A stretch of DNA of 64,000 nucleotides, from positions 252,312 to 316,311 of the forward strand of contig CAZWWE010000001.1 in the NCBI GenBank assembly GCA_964637295.1, read 5' to 3'. A program made the position numbers and the translations under genes. The notes beneath the pieces are model-generated. The model had not been told where the DNA came from and made no database searches. It was given only the letters and a program-made list of their open reading frames with translations. Below, piece after piece: positions 8,144 to 18,257 of the stretch. The stretch comes from an uncultured Pseudomonadales bacterium. GTDB taxonomy: Bacteria > Patescibacteriota > Microgenomatia > UBA1400 > PJMF01. Position 1 is the stretch's first letter. Each line of letters starts with the position of its first letter.

Positions 8144-8821
8144 CTATTTGCCAAAGCGTCTTTGTCTCTGCGCGTAATCTAGTAGCGCTTTGTCGAATTC
8201 TCTGTCATCAAAATCCGGCATCAATACGTCGGTAAAATAAAGTTCACTATAAACTGATTGCCAAATTAAAAAGCCAGATAATCTTTTTTCGCCTCCAGGA
8301 CGAATTAGTAAGTCTGGATCTGGTAAATCAAGCATTCTTTTCGTATCTAGAAAATCTGCAAATTTTTCTCCTCCGGCTTTCACTGCGCGCGCAATTTCAT
8401 CTCTGCCTCCATAGTTTAGGGCAAAAGTAACAATTAATTGTTGATTATTCTTGGTTTCATTTACCCAGTGTTCAATACCTTCGCGCACATCATCTGGAAA
8501 TCGACTCAAATCACCAATACTCGCCACTCTCACTCCTTTATCGTGCAATTTTGCCGCACTCGTAGCAAAAGTTTCACGAAAAAGATCCATGATGCCGTCT
8601 AGTTCTTCTTTTGGTCTTTGCCAGTTTTCTGTGCTAAATGCCCAAAGAGTTAAATATTTGATGCCCTTGCTCAGGGCAAAATCCGCTAATTTTTCAATCG
8701 TTTCTTCAGCGACTTTGCGATGACCTTTGACCACAAAAAGACCTCGCTGGCGCGCCCAACGGCGATTGCCGTCCATAATAATTGCAACGTGTTGAGGAAT
8801 GTTTAAATTTGTTTTTGCCAT
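8144..8821 (-). CDS. uppS: Isoprenyl transferase (undecaprenyl-diphosphate synthase)
   Basis: HVAIIMDGNRRWA motif and overall length/architecture of the cis-prenyltransferase family. Confidence 0.85.
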   Translation of the reverse strand: MAKTNLNIPQHVAIIMDGNRRWARQRGLFVVKGHRKVAEETIEKLADFALSKGIKYLTLWAFSTENWQRPKEELDGIMDLFRETFATSAAKLHDKGVRVASIGDLSRFPDDVREGIEHWVNETKNNQQLIVTFALNYGGRDEIARAVKAGGEKFADFLDTKRMLDLPDPDLLIRPGGEKRLSGFLIWQSVYSELYFTDVLMPDFDDREFDKALLDYAQRQRRFGK

Positions 8822-9390
8822 GTTTGAAGAATTTGTTCAATTTTAGTAAGCACCGTTTTTTGATTTAAAAATAAAGCAAACCAAGGAGTAATTTTTTTAG
8901 CAATAAATTGTTTTTGCTTAACAAGCTGCCAGTCTAGCCACTCGAAATTAAGTACCTCTAGTGAATCAGGAACAATCAGTAAACGATCAGCTTTTTCTTT
9001 AGATATTAAACCGACAAAAATGTGATCAATTTCGTTTTCTGCAAAACCATTTTCGCAAGCAACTTGATAATCTAAAACCAAAGCTTCTTGCAGCAACCAA
9101 TCTTCTTGCCAAAAAATACCTAATTCTTCTTTGAGACGACGCTTCAAACAAAATAAATGATTTTCTCCGGGTATTAAATTGGCACAAAGCGTATTAGCCC
9201 ATTGTAGAGCTCCCACGATTTTATGTTTACTGCGTTGTTGTAAAAGAAGTTCTAGTCCACCATCGGCTCTGTGGCGAAACAGAAATAAAGAAATTGCCTG
9301 ATGTTTCTTTCCAAAACCGCGATGAGCGTCTAGTAGATCTGTTTGACCAACAACTTCGTCGGCTGAATTAACTAAATTTACCTGTCTCAT
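8803..9390 (-). CDS. idi: Nudix hydrolase, probably type 1 isopentenyl-diphosphate delta-isomerase
   Basis: AISLFLFRHRADGGLELLLQQRSKHKIVGALQWANTLCANLIPGE resembles the IDI-1 core (AFSVFLFN..LLLQQRS..K.TFPGLWTNSCCSHP). Nudix box RRLKEELGI. Translationally coupled to uppS. Confidence 0.5.
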   Translation of the reverse strand: MRQVNLVNSADEVVGQTDLLDAHRGFGKKHQAISLFLFRHRADGGLELLLQQRSKHKIVGALQWANTLCANLIPGENHLFCLKRRLKEELGIFWQEDWLLQEALVLDYQVACENGFAENEIDHIFVGLISKEKADRLLIVPDSLEVLNFEWLDWQLVKQKQFIAKKITPWFALFLNQKTVLTKIEQILQTWQKQI

Positions 9391-9508
9391 ATTTTATTCA
9401 ATGTTATTTTACTATGAATTGTGACTAATAAAACTCCAGATAATCAGGAGTAATAATGTATTATAATCAAACATGGTCGGGAGCAAACTTAAATAAAACT
9501 AAAAAAAT

Positions 9509-11767
9509 ATGCTGGATAAACAATATCAAGCCCAAAAATATGAAGAGCAAATTTATCAGCTTTGGCTGAAACATGACTGTTTTAATCCAGACAGCGTCAT
9601 TAATCAAAAATTGCGAGCGCAAGCGAAGAAAAAATCAGAAAAATTTGCTCTCATCATGCCACCACCAAATGCAAACGATCCCCTGCACGTAGGTCACGCC
9701 ATGTTTGTGAGCGTTGAAGACACAATGGTAAGATTTGCGAGAATGCAAGGCAAAGACACCGTCTGGATCCCCGGCACTGATCACGCCGGCATTGAAACTC
9801 AATTTGTTTTTGAAAAAAAATTAAAAAAAGAAGGTAAGAGTCGCTTTAATTTTGATCGAGAAAGTTTATTTCAAATGATCTGGGACTACGTACATGAAAA
9901 CTCAGCCATTGCTGTGGAACAAATTAAAAAGCTTGGTGCCAGCGCCGACTGGAGTCGCTACAAATTTACCCTTGATCAAGATATTGTGCAAAGCGTCATC
10001 GATACTTTTATACAAATGAACAAGGACGGATTGGTTTATCGCGCCAATCGTTTAGTAAACTATTGTCCAAAATGTGGCACAGCTTTTAGCAATTTGGAGG
10101 TTAATCATCAAGAACAGGTAACCAAACTCTATTATATTAAATACGGACCATTCGTTTTGGCCACCACTCGACCTGAAACTAAATTTGGCGACACTGGCTT
10201 AGCAGTGCACCCCAACGACAAGCGTTATCAGCAATATATCGGTCAAGAAGTAGAGGTTGAGGGCTTAAACGGCAGCTTTAAACTCAAAGTGATTGCTGAT
10301 GATTTTGTTGATCCAAATTTTGGAACCGGCGTGGTCAAAATCACTCCTTATCATGATTTTAATGATTTTGCTGCCTGGCAAAGACATAAAAACGAATTAC
10401 CAGAGCCAATTCAAATTATTGATTTTGCCGGACGTTTAACTGAAAAAGCTGGCAAATATGCTGGACTAAAAATTGCAGTGGCCAGAGAACAAGTGGTTAA
10501 AGATCTAGAAAATAGAGGCTTACTAGTTAAAATTGAACAAAATTATCACAATAATTTGAGCGTTTGCTATCGCTGTGGTAATCCCATTGAGCCACTGCCT
10601 CTACCGCAATTTTATATTCAAGTCAAAAAACTCACCCAAGCGGTGCTAGAAAAACTAGATAAAAAAGAAATAAAAATTTATGGGGCTGGCCACGATAAAA
10701 TTTTGCGCCATTGGCTAGAAAACTTAGAAGATTGGAATATCAGTCGACAAATTGTTTGGGGCATTCGTTTGCCAATCTGGTACAAAATTGATGACAATCC
10801 TGATGCGCAAATTACTTTTATTGATCAGCAAAAGCAACCTATTAGTGGCCAATTAGCCAATTTGCTAGAAAAATATTCATTTACAGAAATCAAGAACGGC
10901 TTACAAAGCATTAGCGCTAACGTCAACGCTAAATACCTCATCGCCAAAGAAAATCCGGGTGAAAATTATTTGCAAGAAACTGACACTTTTGACACTTGGT
11001 TTTCTTCCAGTCAATGGCCTTTTGTTACCCTCATGAATAATCAGCCCGGAGATTTTCAAAGATTCTACCCCACCACTGTCATGGAAACCGCCTATGACAT
11101 TTTAATGTTCTGGGTGATGAGAATGCTGATGATGGGCACCTATAAAACAGGCTCAGCTCCTTTTAAACACGTTTATCTTCACGGGCTGATTAGAGACGCC
11201 AAAGGACAAAAAATGAGCAAAAGTAAGGGCAATGTAGTCAACCCGATGGATATCAGCGAAAAATACGGCACTGACGCGCTTAGAATGGCCCTTTTAATTC
11301 GTTCTTCTGCTGGTTTAGACAAGTCCATTGGCGAAGGCGATTTTAAAGCTGGGCGCAATTTTACCAATAAGCTTTGGAATGCCAGTCGCTTTATTTTACT
11401 TGCCAAAGAAACTGAACTGGAACAAACAAATATAAATCAAAGCCAATCCAATAATTCAAAAGACGCTATTTTTTCAGATAAACTTAAAAAAATTACCAAA
11501 CAAGTAAGTAAAAATCTTGAAGCTTTTCAACTCGGAGTGGCCGCCGACACGCTCTATGACGAATTTTGGCATTGGTTTTGCGATCAATGTATAGAAGATG
11601 CTAAAAAAGGATTGATAAGCCAATCTTTAATTTTAGAAGGTTTGATAACATTTTTAAAATTACTCCACCCTTTTATCCCCTTTGTAACTGAAGCGATCTG
11701 GCAAGAATTGGCACAAAAAAAATTAGTTAATGAAACAATTTTGGCTAGCAGTGCATGGCCTATTTAA
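9509..11767 (+). CDS. valS: Valine--tRNA ligase (short form lacking C-terminal coiled coil)
   Basis: PPPNANDPLHVGHAMFVSVEDTMVRFARMQGKDTVWIPGTDHAGIETQ matches the ValRS HIGH region. KMSKSKGN motif present. 752 aa. Confidence 0.8.
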   Translation: MLDKQYQAQKYEEQIYQLWLKHDCFNPDSVINQKLRAQAKKKSEKFALIMPPPNANDPLHVGHAMFVSVEDTMVRFARMQGKDTVWIPGTDHAGIETQFVFEKKLKKEGKSRFNFDRESLFQMIWDYVHENSAIAVEQIKKLGASADWSRYKFTLDQDIVQSVIDTFIQMNKDGLVYRANRLVNYCPKCGTAFSNLEVNHQEQVTKLYYIKYGPFVLATTRPETKFGDTGLAVHPNDKRYQQYIGQEVEVEGLNGSFKLKVIADDFVDPNFGTGVVKITPYHDFNDFAAWQRHKNELPEPIQIIDFAGRLTEKAGKYAGLKIAVAREQVVKDLENRGLLVKIEQNYHNNLSVCYRCGNPIEPLPLPQFYIQVKKLTQAVLEKLDKKEIKIYGAGHDKILRHWLENLEDWNISRQIVWGIRLPIWYKIDDNPDAQITFIDQQKQPISGQLANLLEKYSFTEIKNGLQSISANVNAKYLIAKENPGENYLQETDTFDTWFSSSQWPFVTLMNNQPGDFQRFYPTTVMETAYDILMFWVMRMLMMGTYKTGSAPFKHVYLHGLIRDAKGQKMSKSKGNVVNPMDISEKYGTDALRMALLIRSSAGLDKSIGEGDFKAGRNFTNKLWNASRFILLAKETELEQTNINQSQSNNSKDAIFSDKLKKITKQVSKNLEAFQLGVAADTLYDEFWHWFCDQCIEDAKKGLISQSLILEGLITFLKLLHPFIPFVTEAIWQELAQKKLVNETILASSAWPI

Positions 11768-11781
11768 GCTATATTTAGATT

Positions 11782-12237
11782 GTGTGGAAAAAAACCTGTT
11801 TTTATTTAAATTTAATGATTTTGTGCTGGAGATTAATCTGGCACTTGTTGATCTTTATCTTACAAATATCTTTTAATCGCTTGCAAATCAAAAAACTAGG
11901 CACGGTTTTATGTTTGGCTTTGCTTTTGCTTATTTGGATAGTTAATTTTGGTCTTTTACTTAAAAAAAATTCACCAATCACAACGTTTAAAACTGCTGAA
12001 GAATTACCACACCTCGACAACCAGTTATTTGCTAGCGACAAAAAAGAATTTACACCAGAAGAAGCCGGGTTGCAATTAAAAAAATATCAAGAACTTGAAA
12101 AAAGTGGGATCAACAATTTTTATTTGCTTTTAAACCTCAATCAACTTAGTCAAGTTTTAGACCAAAGAACAGAAGCAAAAGAATATTGGCTAAAAGCTCT
12201 AAAAATTCAACCTGTTAAATCGGCAAATTTAGATTAG
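11782..12237 (+). CDS. Hypothetical membrane protein with TPR-like C-terminus
   Basis: ORF only; hydrophobic N-terminus; C-terminal KEYWLKALKIQP is TPR-like. Start uncertain. Confidence 0.25.
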   Translation: MWKKTCFYLNLMILCWRLIWHLLIFILQISFNRLQIKKLGTVLCLALLLLIWIVNFGLLLKKNSPITTFKTAEELPHLDNQLFASDKKEFTPEEAGLQLKKYQELEKSGINNFYLLLNLNQLSQVLDQRTEAKEYWLKALKIQPVKSANLD

Positions 12238-12258
12238 GTGGCTTACCTACTCACTAGC

Positions 12259-12930
12259 TCACTTAGTAGAAGCATCTTGATCGGATGTTTTTTGTTCATC
12301 GGCAGTTTTTTCATTTACCAGAGCTGGTTCGGTCAAAGTACTTTCTGTTTCTTCTTCAACCACTTCCTCTGCTTTAGCTTGGACCAAGGCCAACACTATT
12401 TCTTCGGCTTTTTCATCTTCATTCAAAATTAAAGTGATTTTGCTTGGATCAAATTGTAAATCTTTTAGAGTAATGCGATCACCAATTTCTTTGAGCTGAC
12501 TCTGATCAATTGGAAAGCTGGCGGGCACATCGGCCGGCAAAGCTTCAACTTCGACGCTATCTTTGGCCAAAATCAAGACTCCGTCGGCAACATCGAATTC
12601 ACCTGTTAGCTCAACTGATACCTCGGCGCGAATTTTTTGCAATAAATTAATTTGACGAAAAACAACATGTAAAATTTCTTTGCCAAAAACATCGTATTGA
12701 ACTTCATCAATGAGGGCTGGAAGCTCTTTTTTTTCATCAGCAATTTGCAAATAAAGAACCGCATTTTCTGGAAGCTTGCGTAATAGTTTAGTAAAATCAA
12801 GGTTGTTCAACTCTAGAGTAAGTGATTCTTGACCAGCACGATATAAATTGGCAGGAATCAAGCCCTCTCTTCTTAATTGTTTGTTTTTTTTGTTTTGTTT
12901 TTTAGCTACTACAAATTTAATTTTTTCCAT
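12259..12930 (-). CDS. rplY: 50S ribosomal protein L25 (general stress protein Ctc form)
   Basis: MEKIKFVVAKKQNKKNKQLRREGLIPANLYRAGQESLTLEL is a typical L25/Ctc N-terminus. Acidic C-terminal tail. Start chosen at the internal ATG (the track ORF extends to 12960). Confidence 0.8.
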   Translation of the reverse strand: MEKIKFVVAKKQNKKNKQLRREGLIPANLYRAGQESLTLELNNLDFTKLLRKLPENAVLYLQIADEKKELPALIDEVQYDVFGKEILHVVFRQINLLQKIRAEVSVELTGEFDVADGVLILAKDSVEVEALPADVPASFPIDQSQLKEIGDRITLKDLQFDPSKITLILNEDEKAEEIVLALVQAKAEEVVEEETESTLTEPALVNEKTADEQKTSDQDASTK

Positions 12931-13142
12931 ACTAATTCTTTTGCCTTTCTCGAATAACAAGTAGTCATTTTATCACAAAAAGGACAGGCTTAAAAGACAA
13001 TTAAAAATTCTCGTTATACATACAAAATAGATCAAACTAAAAAGAAAATAAAAAACCGATCAAAAAGCGAAGCCTGGTCTAAAAAAGATTGTTGCCTTAA
13101 AACAATATTAGCTACAACACGTGAAAAATGAGCATGAAAATT

Positions 13143-16076
13143 TTATTGATTGAAATTAACAGCAAAAGAAAAATTATCTGTGTTTAAATTTTGAAAACTA
13201 ATGATTTTGTTTTCATATTTTGCTTGAGGAGCAATTAACTGTGGCTTAAGTTGATCATCAAAAACGATTTTGTAATTGGTAATTTTTTGATAAATACCTG
13301 CTTGCTTTTGATCATGAAAAACATAAGAAAAGGACGAGCTTTCGTCATGAGGAACCAAATAAGTAACTACCAACTCTTTTTGACTTTGTGCCGGTACTTG
13401 TACAGATAAAGACAATTCTTTGTTTTGTTCACTTTCCTCTGTTTTAATTTCTGATAAATTGATTATCTGATTATCAAATTCAACTTTTTCCAGCAAAGCT
13501 TGTTTGTTAAGATAAAATTTGTAATAAGCCTGATAAGTGCCAAAAGGCCAAACTAAAATGTCAGACGTGTTTTTAATATTTATTTTGCGCTTGTGGCGAA
13601 TAAATTTTTGACCAATGCCAATGCTGTGATCGATTTTTTCTTGAACGTAAACATTGACCTTGTTAAACCCAACGTTTGCGGCCACTTGAAAAATTGAGTC
13701 GACCAAACAATTTTCCTGCTTAAATTCAAGTGGGCAAAGCATTTTTGCTTGTTTACCAGCCCAGATGTTACCTTCAATGATTTCTTGTAACGTCACTGAT
13801 TTGCTATATAAAAAAATTTCTTTTTGATTAAGTCCATTAATTATGATTTGATTCAACTGAGCCAACTGCTCTTCCGATATTTGATTTAATTTGTTTAAAA
13901 ACGCATTGCCAATCTGCCATTTTTTATTAGCTTGGGAATCAGACTTAACTAACAAGAGACTTTTTGCTTGATAATTTTCTTGAGTGATACTCTCTCCATT
14001 GTTTAATGTTAATTCACCAAGGGCAGTCAGTAGTTGTAAAATCGTTTTTGTATTTAAACTCATCACCATGTCAATCTTATTGCCAGTGGCTTGCTCAACG
14101 AACCAGACAATGTTTTGGCCACTTTGAACAAAGTCTGCTTGCCAATTACTATCGTGTAAAAATAATTTTTTTTCTCCTAGCAAGTCTTGAATTTCTTGAT
14201 TAGCAGAAATACTTCCATAAGTTCTGTCATCTAATTCATCGATGGTTAAAGCTTGTTGATCAACTAGCTTGGCGCGATTAAAACCCAAGATAATGGCTTC
14301 TGTCAAAAAACCACCAGTGGCCCTCAGTTCATTACTGTCTTGAATTAGCAATAATATGTTGGCGCGATCAGACGCCAACAATAATTGACTAAAAACTGTT
14401 AAGAAGTTTAAGGATTGACTGGTGTTTTTTATATCTGATCTGATCTGGTCAATTTTTTTCTTCCAGATCATTTTTTCCTCGTCTGGATAAAGATCCAGGT
14501 TTAAATCGCTTAAATAAACATTATATTTTTTTTGTTCTTCAGCCAACTCACCTAGTTCCTTAATTAAATTTTCATAAGAAGATTTCAAGTTCTCTTCTCC
14601 ATTGAAAGTTTTTTTATATAGCTCAAAACTTAATTTTTGCGCTCTAATCTGACGATTTTTGAGATTGATTAATAATTCTAGATGTTGTTTTAAATCCAAT
14701 GTCTCACTTAGACTATCTTTTGGTAAAATTTTTTGAGAGAGCTTAATTTGCTCTAAAAATATACGATATTTAATTGATTTATCAATCTTTTCTATTTTTT
14801 CTTCTTCTCCGTTAATGATTTGAAAAATTGCTTTGTTTAAAATTTTTTGATTTACTTGAAAAAATTCACTAAAGAGCAAAACGCCAAAACTGAAAGCAAA
14901 AATTATTCCTCCAAGATAAAACAGAATTTTTCTTTTTCTGCTTTTTTTAATAATCTCAACACCCAAAGAAATGTTGGCGTTCTGTCTATCAAGCTTGCTT
15001 TGTTGTCTTTGAGTAGAGAAGAGCTTTTCAATTTTAGTGGTCAGCTCTGCATTTAAATCTGTACTTTTAAGCTCTTCTAACTTGCGTTTTTGGGCACGTT
15101 CTGTCAATTGTGACGCCCAGTTAGTTATGGTCTTTTTTATGGCAGAAGGCTTCGGTTGTGAGCTTTGATTTTTAAGTTCAGAGGCTGATTTTGGCGACAA
15201 GATTTGTTTAAGTATTTCAGAAGATTCAATTTTTTGATTAAAATTATTATCAAATTTAAATAAATTTCTGATTCTCTGGTCTAAAATGTTTTTAATATTT
15301 GATTTGCTGTTATTAACAACGGTAAATTCTTTAAACACCGACGGAATTTGTTCATAAGTCGTCAGGTTTAAATTAGATGTTTTTTTTTGAAAATATTGTT
15401 CATAGAGATAACTAATGTCATTTGCCATTTTTGTAGCAATGATTTTTTTACCTTGAACAATAAACTTTTTTGCTTGATGAGGTTTAATCAATTGTTCCTT
15501 AATAATTTCAAAAAAACTTCTTTCATCTTGAAAATAAAAATTATTGGCAGGAACTAAAACGTATTTTTCTTTAATAAGTAAAAAAAATAAGCGCAGGGGA
15601 TAGTCAACACTGCTTGTCTGTGCCAGTAATAAATCTTTGGCCAGAAAAACCATGCTCTGACTAAATTTTTTTAAAAAAGAATTCAAAAAAACTTGCTGTT
15701 TTTTCAAAAAAACATAGTACTGGTCGCTAAAATCACCCACAATTTCTAGAGAACTGCTTAAGTTAGAAATTAAAACCAGAGGAATTTGCAGACTGCGAAC
15801 ATGATTTTGAAATTCTAAAAATTTATGAAGTGCTTCGCTGGTTTTTTTAAGAGTATTCTCTAGACCATAGAGCAAAATAATTTTATAGATATTTTTTTGT
15901 GAATATGCTTCTGTTTTTTCTTGCCAAAAATTTATAGCTTGGTTGTCAATAATTAATAGCTCGACTTCAAGTTGCTTAGCTCGTAAAAAATCACAAATCA
16001 ATTTACAAAGTAAATTTTCTGATTCAGCAATCACTAAAAAAATGGGAACTTTTTCCTCTAGGGAATTTCTTGCCAT
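13143..16076 (-). CDS. Large membrane protein: receiver-like N-terminus, central TM, ~570-aa extracytoplasmic domain (possibly DUF4012-like)
   Basis: 977-aa ORF. N-terminus IFLVIAESENLLCKLICDFLRAKQLEVELLIID. TM ILFYLGGIIFAFSFGVLLF. No catalytic motifs recognised. Confidence 0.3.
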   Translation of the reverse strand: MARNSLEEKVPIFLVIAESENLLCKLICDFLRAKQLEVELLIIDNQAINFWQEKTEAYSQKNIYKIILLYGLENTLKKTSEALHKFLEFQNHVRSLQIPLVLISNLSSSLEIVGDFSDQYYVFLKKQQVFLNSFLKKFSQSMVFLAKDLLLAQTSSVDYPLRLFFLLIKEKYVLVPANNFYFQDERSFFEIIKEQLIKPHQAKKFIVQGKKIIATKMANDISYLYEQYFQKKTSNLNLTTYEQIPSVFKEFTVVNNSKSNIKNILDQRIRNLFKFDNNFNQKIESSEILKQILSPKSASELKNQSSQPKPSAIKKTITNWASQLTERAQKRKLEELKSTDLNAELTTKIEKLFSTQRQQSKLDRQNANISLGVEIIKKSRKRKILFYLGGIIFAFSFGVLLFSEFFQVNQKILNKAIFQIINGEEEKIEKIDKSIKYRIFLEQIKLSQKILPKDSLSETLDLKQHLELLINLKNRQIRAQKLSFELYKKTFNGEENLKSSYENLIKELGELAEEQKKYNVYLSDLNLDLYPDEEKMIWKKKIDQIRSDIKNTSQSLNFLTVFSQLLLASDRANILLLIQDSNELRATGGFLTEAIILGFNRAKLVDQQALTIDELDDRTYGSISANQEIQDLLGEKKLFLHDSNWQADFVQSGQNIVWFVEQATGNKIDMVMSLNTKTILQLLTALGELTLNNGESITQENYQAKSLLLVKSDSQANKKWQIGNAFLNKLNQISEEQLAQLNQIIINGLNQKEIFLYSKSVTLQEIIEGNIWAGKQAKMLCPLEFKQENCLVDSIFQVAANVGFNKVNVYVQEKIDHSIGIGQKFIRHKRKINIKNTSDILVWPFGTYQAYYKFYLNKQALLEKVEFDNQIINLSEIKTEESEQNKELSLSVQVPAQSQKELVVTYLVPHDESSSFSYVFHDQKQAGIYQKITNYKIVFDDQLKPQLIAPQAKYENKIISFQNLNTDNFSFAVNFNQ

Positions 16077-16131
16077 AGCTTTATTCTAAAGCAAAAAGAT
16101 TGCCCTCACAAACCAGCTTTGACTTTAAAAG

Positions 16132-16554
16132 CTAGCTGGCTATAGAGTCCATCGCTTGATTGGCTAATAGATCGGCCATTTTGTTTTCTTCGCGAGGAAT
16201 ATGCCTAATTTCATAAGCAAGAACGGGGAGAGTACTTAAAATTTTCCAGTTTTCCAAAGCTAAAGAACGTAGTCGATCTTCTTTAATTTGCCAATTCTTA
16301 TTCATTTGCTCCACCACTAATTTTGAGTCTAATTTAAAAATTAATGTCGTTGCTTGGTGCAGCTGGTTTTTTAGATATTGAAGAGCTAAATTAAGGGCAA
16401 GGTATTCAGCCTCATTGTTGGTTTTTAAGCCCAAATACTTATATTCTCGATATATTTCTTGACCATCAGCATCAATAATGTAGACTCCGGCCCCAGCAAT
16501 TCCAGGATTACCTCGAGATCCGCCATCGGTGAAGATAATCAGTTTTTTTTGCAT
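16132..16554 (-). CDS. rnhA: Ribonuclease HI
   Basis: IFTDGGSRGNPGIAGAGVYI and the downstream E/D catalytic residues of the RNase H fold. Confidence 0.85.
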   Translation of the reverse strand: MQKKLIIFTDGGSRGNPGIAGAGVYIIDADGQEIYREYKYLGLKTNNEAEYLALNLALQYLKNQLHQATTLIFKLDSKLVVEQMNKNWQIKEDRLRSLALENWKILSTLPVLAYEIRHIPREENKMADLLANQAMDSIAS

Positions 16555-16585
16555 ATTTACCGCTTTATTAACGCAACGTCTGGAG

Positions 16586-17044
16586 TTAATCGGCTTTTAA
16601 TTTGATCAATAAGACTCTTTCTTGATCTCTGTCTTCAGATAGACTCTCGAGTCTTTCAAAGTTTTTATTTTCAGTTAGCACACTGTGTACTAAAAATCTT
16701 TCATAAGAATTTAAGCTATGCATTTCTTCAGTTTGACCGGTTTCTAAAACTCGATGAGCAATCTCCAAAGCTTTTTCTTTTAAACGTTTTTCTAAAGAGC
16801 TACGATATTCATTGATATCAAGCATAATTTTTTTATTGAGAAAATCATTTTTAAAGGACAGCTTGGTTAATAACTCAATCGCTTCCAGGGTTTCTCCGCG
16901 ATTGCCAATGAGAAGTGCTGCTTCGCTTTGAGGAACAGTGATGTTTATTTTTAATCGCTCATCACTTTCTTCTAAAACGATTTCAAACTCATCATCTACT
17001 CCAAGATGTTGAATTAATTTTTCTAGATATTCTTGTACTTTCAT
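16586..17044 (-). CDS. khpB: Jag/KhpB-like RNA-binding protein (KH + R3H)
   Basis: C-terminal R3H-like YERFLVHSVLTEN. Sits immediately downstream of yidC as in the conserved rnpA-yidC-jag unit. Confidence 0.7.
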   Translation of the reverse strand: MKVQEYLEKLIQHLGVDDEFEIVLEESDERLKINITVPQSEAALLIGNRGETLEAIELLTKLSFKNDFLNKKIMLDINEYRSSLEKRLKEKALEIAHRVLETGQTEEMHSLNSYERFLVHSVLTENKNFERLESLSEDRDQERVLLIKLKAD

Positions 17045-17047
17045 ACT

Positions 17048-18046
17048 TTATTTTTTCCTTTTATTTTTGCGTTTACGCTTTTTTGCTAAGAGATCTTTTT
17101 TAATTTTAGTAGCCTTGGTATTTTTTGGTTTTAGTGAAACTTCGCTCCCATCTATTTTCTTCAAAACACTAGCCAAATCATCAGCTGGAGCCTGATGACT
17201 AAAAAGCTTGGTATCAAAAATAGATTTTTGCTTTAGATGAATTTTTTTAGGAATAGCAGTTAGCTTTGTTTGTGTCGTAACAGATAAATATTTATTTTTA
17301 AAAGGACCAAATTTAGTTACATATTTATTCCAATAAGTGGCTAGTCCACCCCAACCAGAAACAAAATATTGAGTAATCATTGTAATAAGAGTGCCAGCAA
17401 TCCAATATAAGGCTAGACCAGATGGCAATTTCAAAGCAATTACGGTAGTCATAACTGGCATTAAAAATATCATTTGTTGTTGCATGGTTGCTGCCATTTC
17501 AGCGATGTCTTCTTCTTTTTTATTCGCTTGCTGAATGATTTTTGATTTAGAATCATTGGCGACCACATCTCTGGTTTGAGTTGCAGGAGCAATCATTAAT
17601 GACAATAAAAATTGAGTTAAACCTGCAAAGACTGGTAAAACAAAAAACTGATCAGCTTGACTTAAATTCACCCATAAAAAATTAAGGTTAAAGTTGAGCT
17701 CGGGACTATTAAAAAGTTTAATAATCGCCTGATATAAAACTATTAAAATAAATAGCTGTAATAATTGGGGTAAACAACCAGCAAGAGGGTTAATATTATA
17801 AGTTTTATAAAGCTGAGCTTGGGCGAGGGCCATGGCTTGCTTGTCATTAGCATGCTTTTCTTTAAGTTTTTTAAGCTCTGGTTGTAGCTCTTGGATTTTT
17901 TTACTTGATTTAATACTTGGCAAAGTAAGTGGCAAAAGTAGTAGCCTAATTAAAACCGTGAAAACAATAATGGTTAAACCAAGATTATTAAAAATCGAAT
18001 CTAAAAAAACTAAAATCGAAATAAAAAAACTTATAAAATTACTCAT
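17048..18046 (-). CDS. yidC: Membrane protein insertase YidC/Oxa1 family
   Basis: Five-TM core with conserved LLPLTLPSIKSSKKIQELQPELKKLKEKH and a Lys-rich C-terminal tail. Synteny with yidD/rnpA. Confidence 0.85.
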   Translation of the reverse strand: MSNFISFFISILVFLDSIFNNLGLTIIVFTVLIRLLLLPLTLPSIKSSKKIQELQPELKKLKEKHANDKQAMALAQAQLYKTYNINPLAGCLPQLLQLFILIVLYQAIIKLFNSPELNFNLNFLWVNLSQADQFFVLPVFAGLTQFLLSLMIAPATQTRDVVANDSKSKIIQQANKKEEDIAEMAATMQQQMIFLMPVMTTVIALKLPSGLALYWIAGTLITMITQYFVSGWGGLATYWNKYVTKFGPFKNKYLSVTTQTKLTAIPKKIHLKQKSIFDTKLFSHQAPADDLASVLKKIDGSEVSLKPKNTKATKIKKDLLAKKRKRKNKRKK

Positions 18047-18056
18047 GTTTTAGATC

Positions 18057-18257
18057 CTAAAAATGGCGACAATTTATCACTCGCCATAAACCTTGTAATG
18101 CCCCGACAATTGTACCATTCTTTTTAATTTGGGCGAGAGCATAAGAACTACAACTAGGACTCTGCCTGCAAGATGATGAAAAACCAAAAAAACTAATTAA
18201 CAGCTGATGTTTATATGCCCTCATCGTTAAAAATGTTTTGGTTAAAATTTTATTCAT
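18057..18257 (-). CDS. yidD: Membrane protein insertion efficiency factor YidD
   Basis: SCRQSPSCSSYALAQIKKNGTIVGALQGLWRVINCRHF matches the YidD signature (CRFyPSCSqYA...G...RilrChP). Confidence 0.8.
   Translation of the reverse strand: MNKILTKTFLTMRAYKHQLLISFFGFSSSCRQSPSCSSYALAQIKKNGTIVGALQGLWRVINCRHF

Noticed and set aside
12238-12432. 64-aa plus-strand ORF overlapping the rplY 3' end
   Set aside because: Antisense to the ribosomal protein gene, with a Phe/Leu-rich product typical of AT-rich antisense frames.
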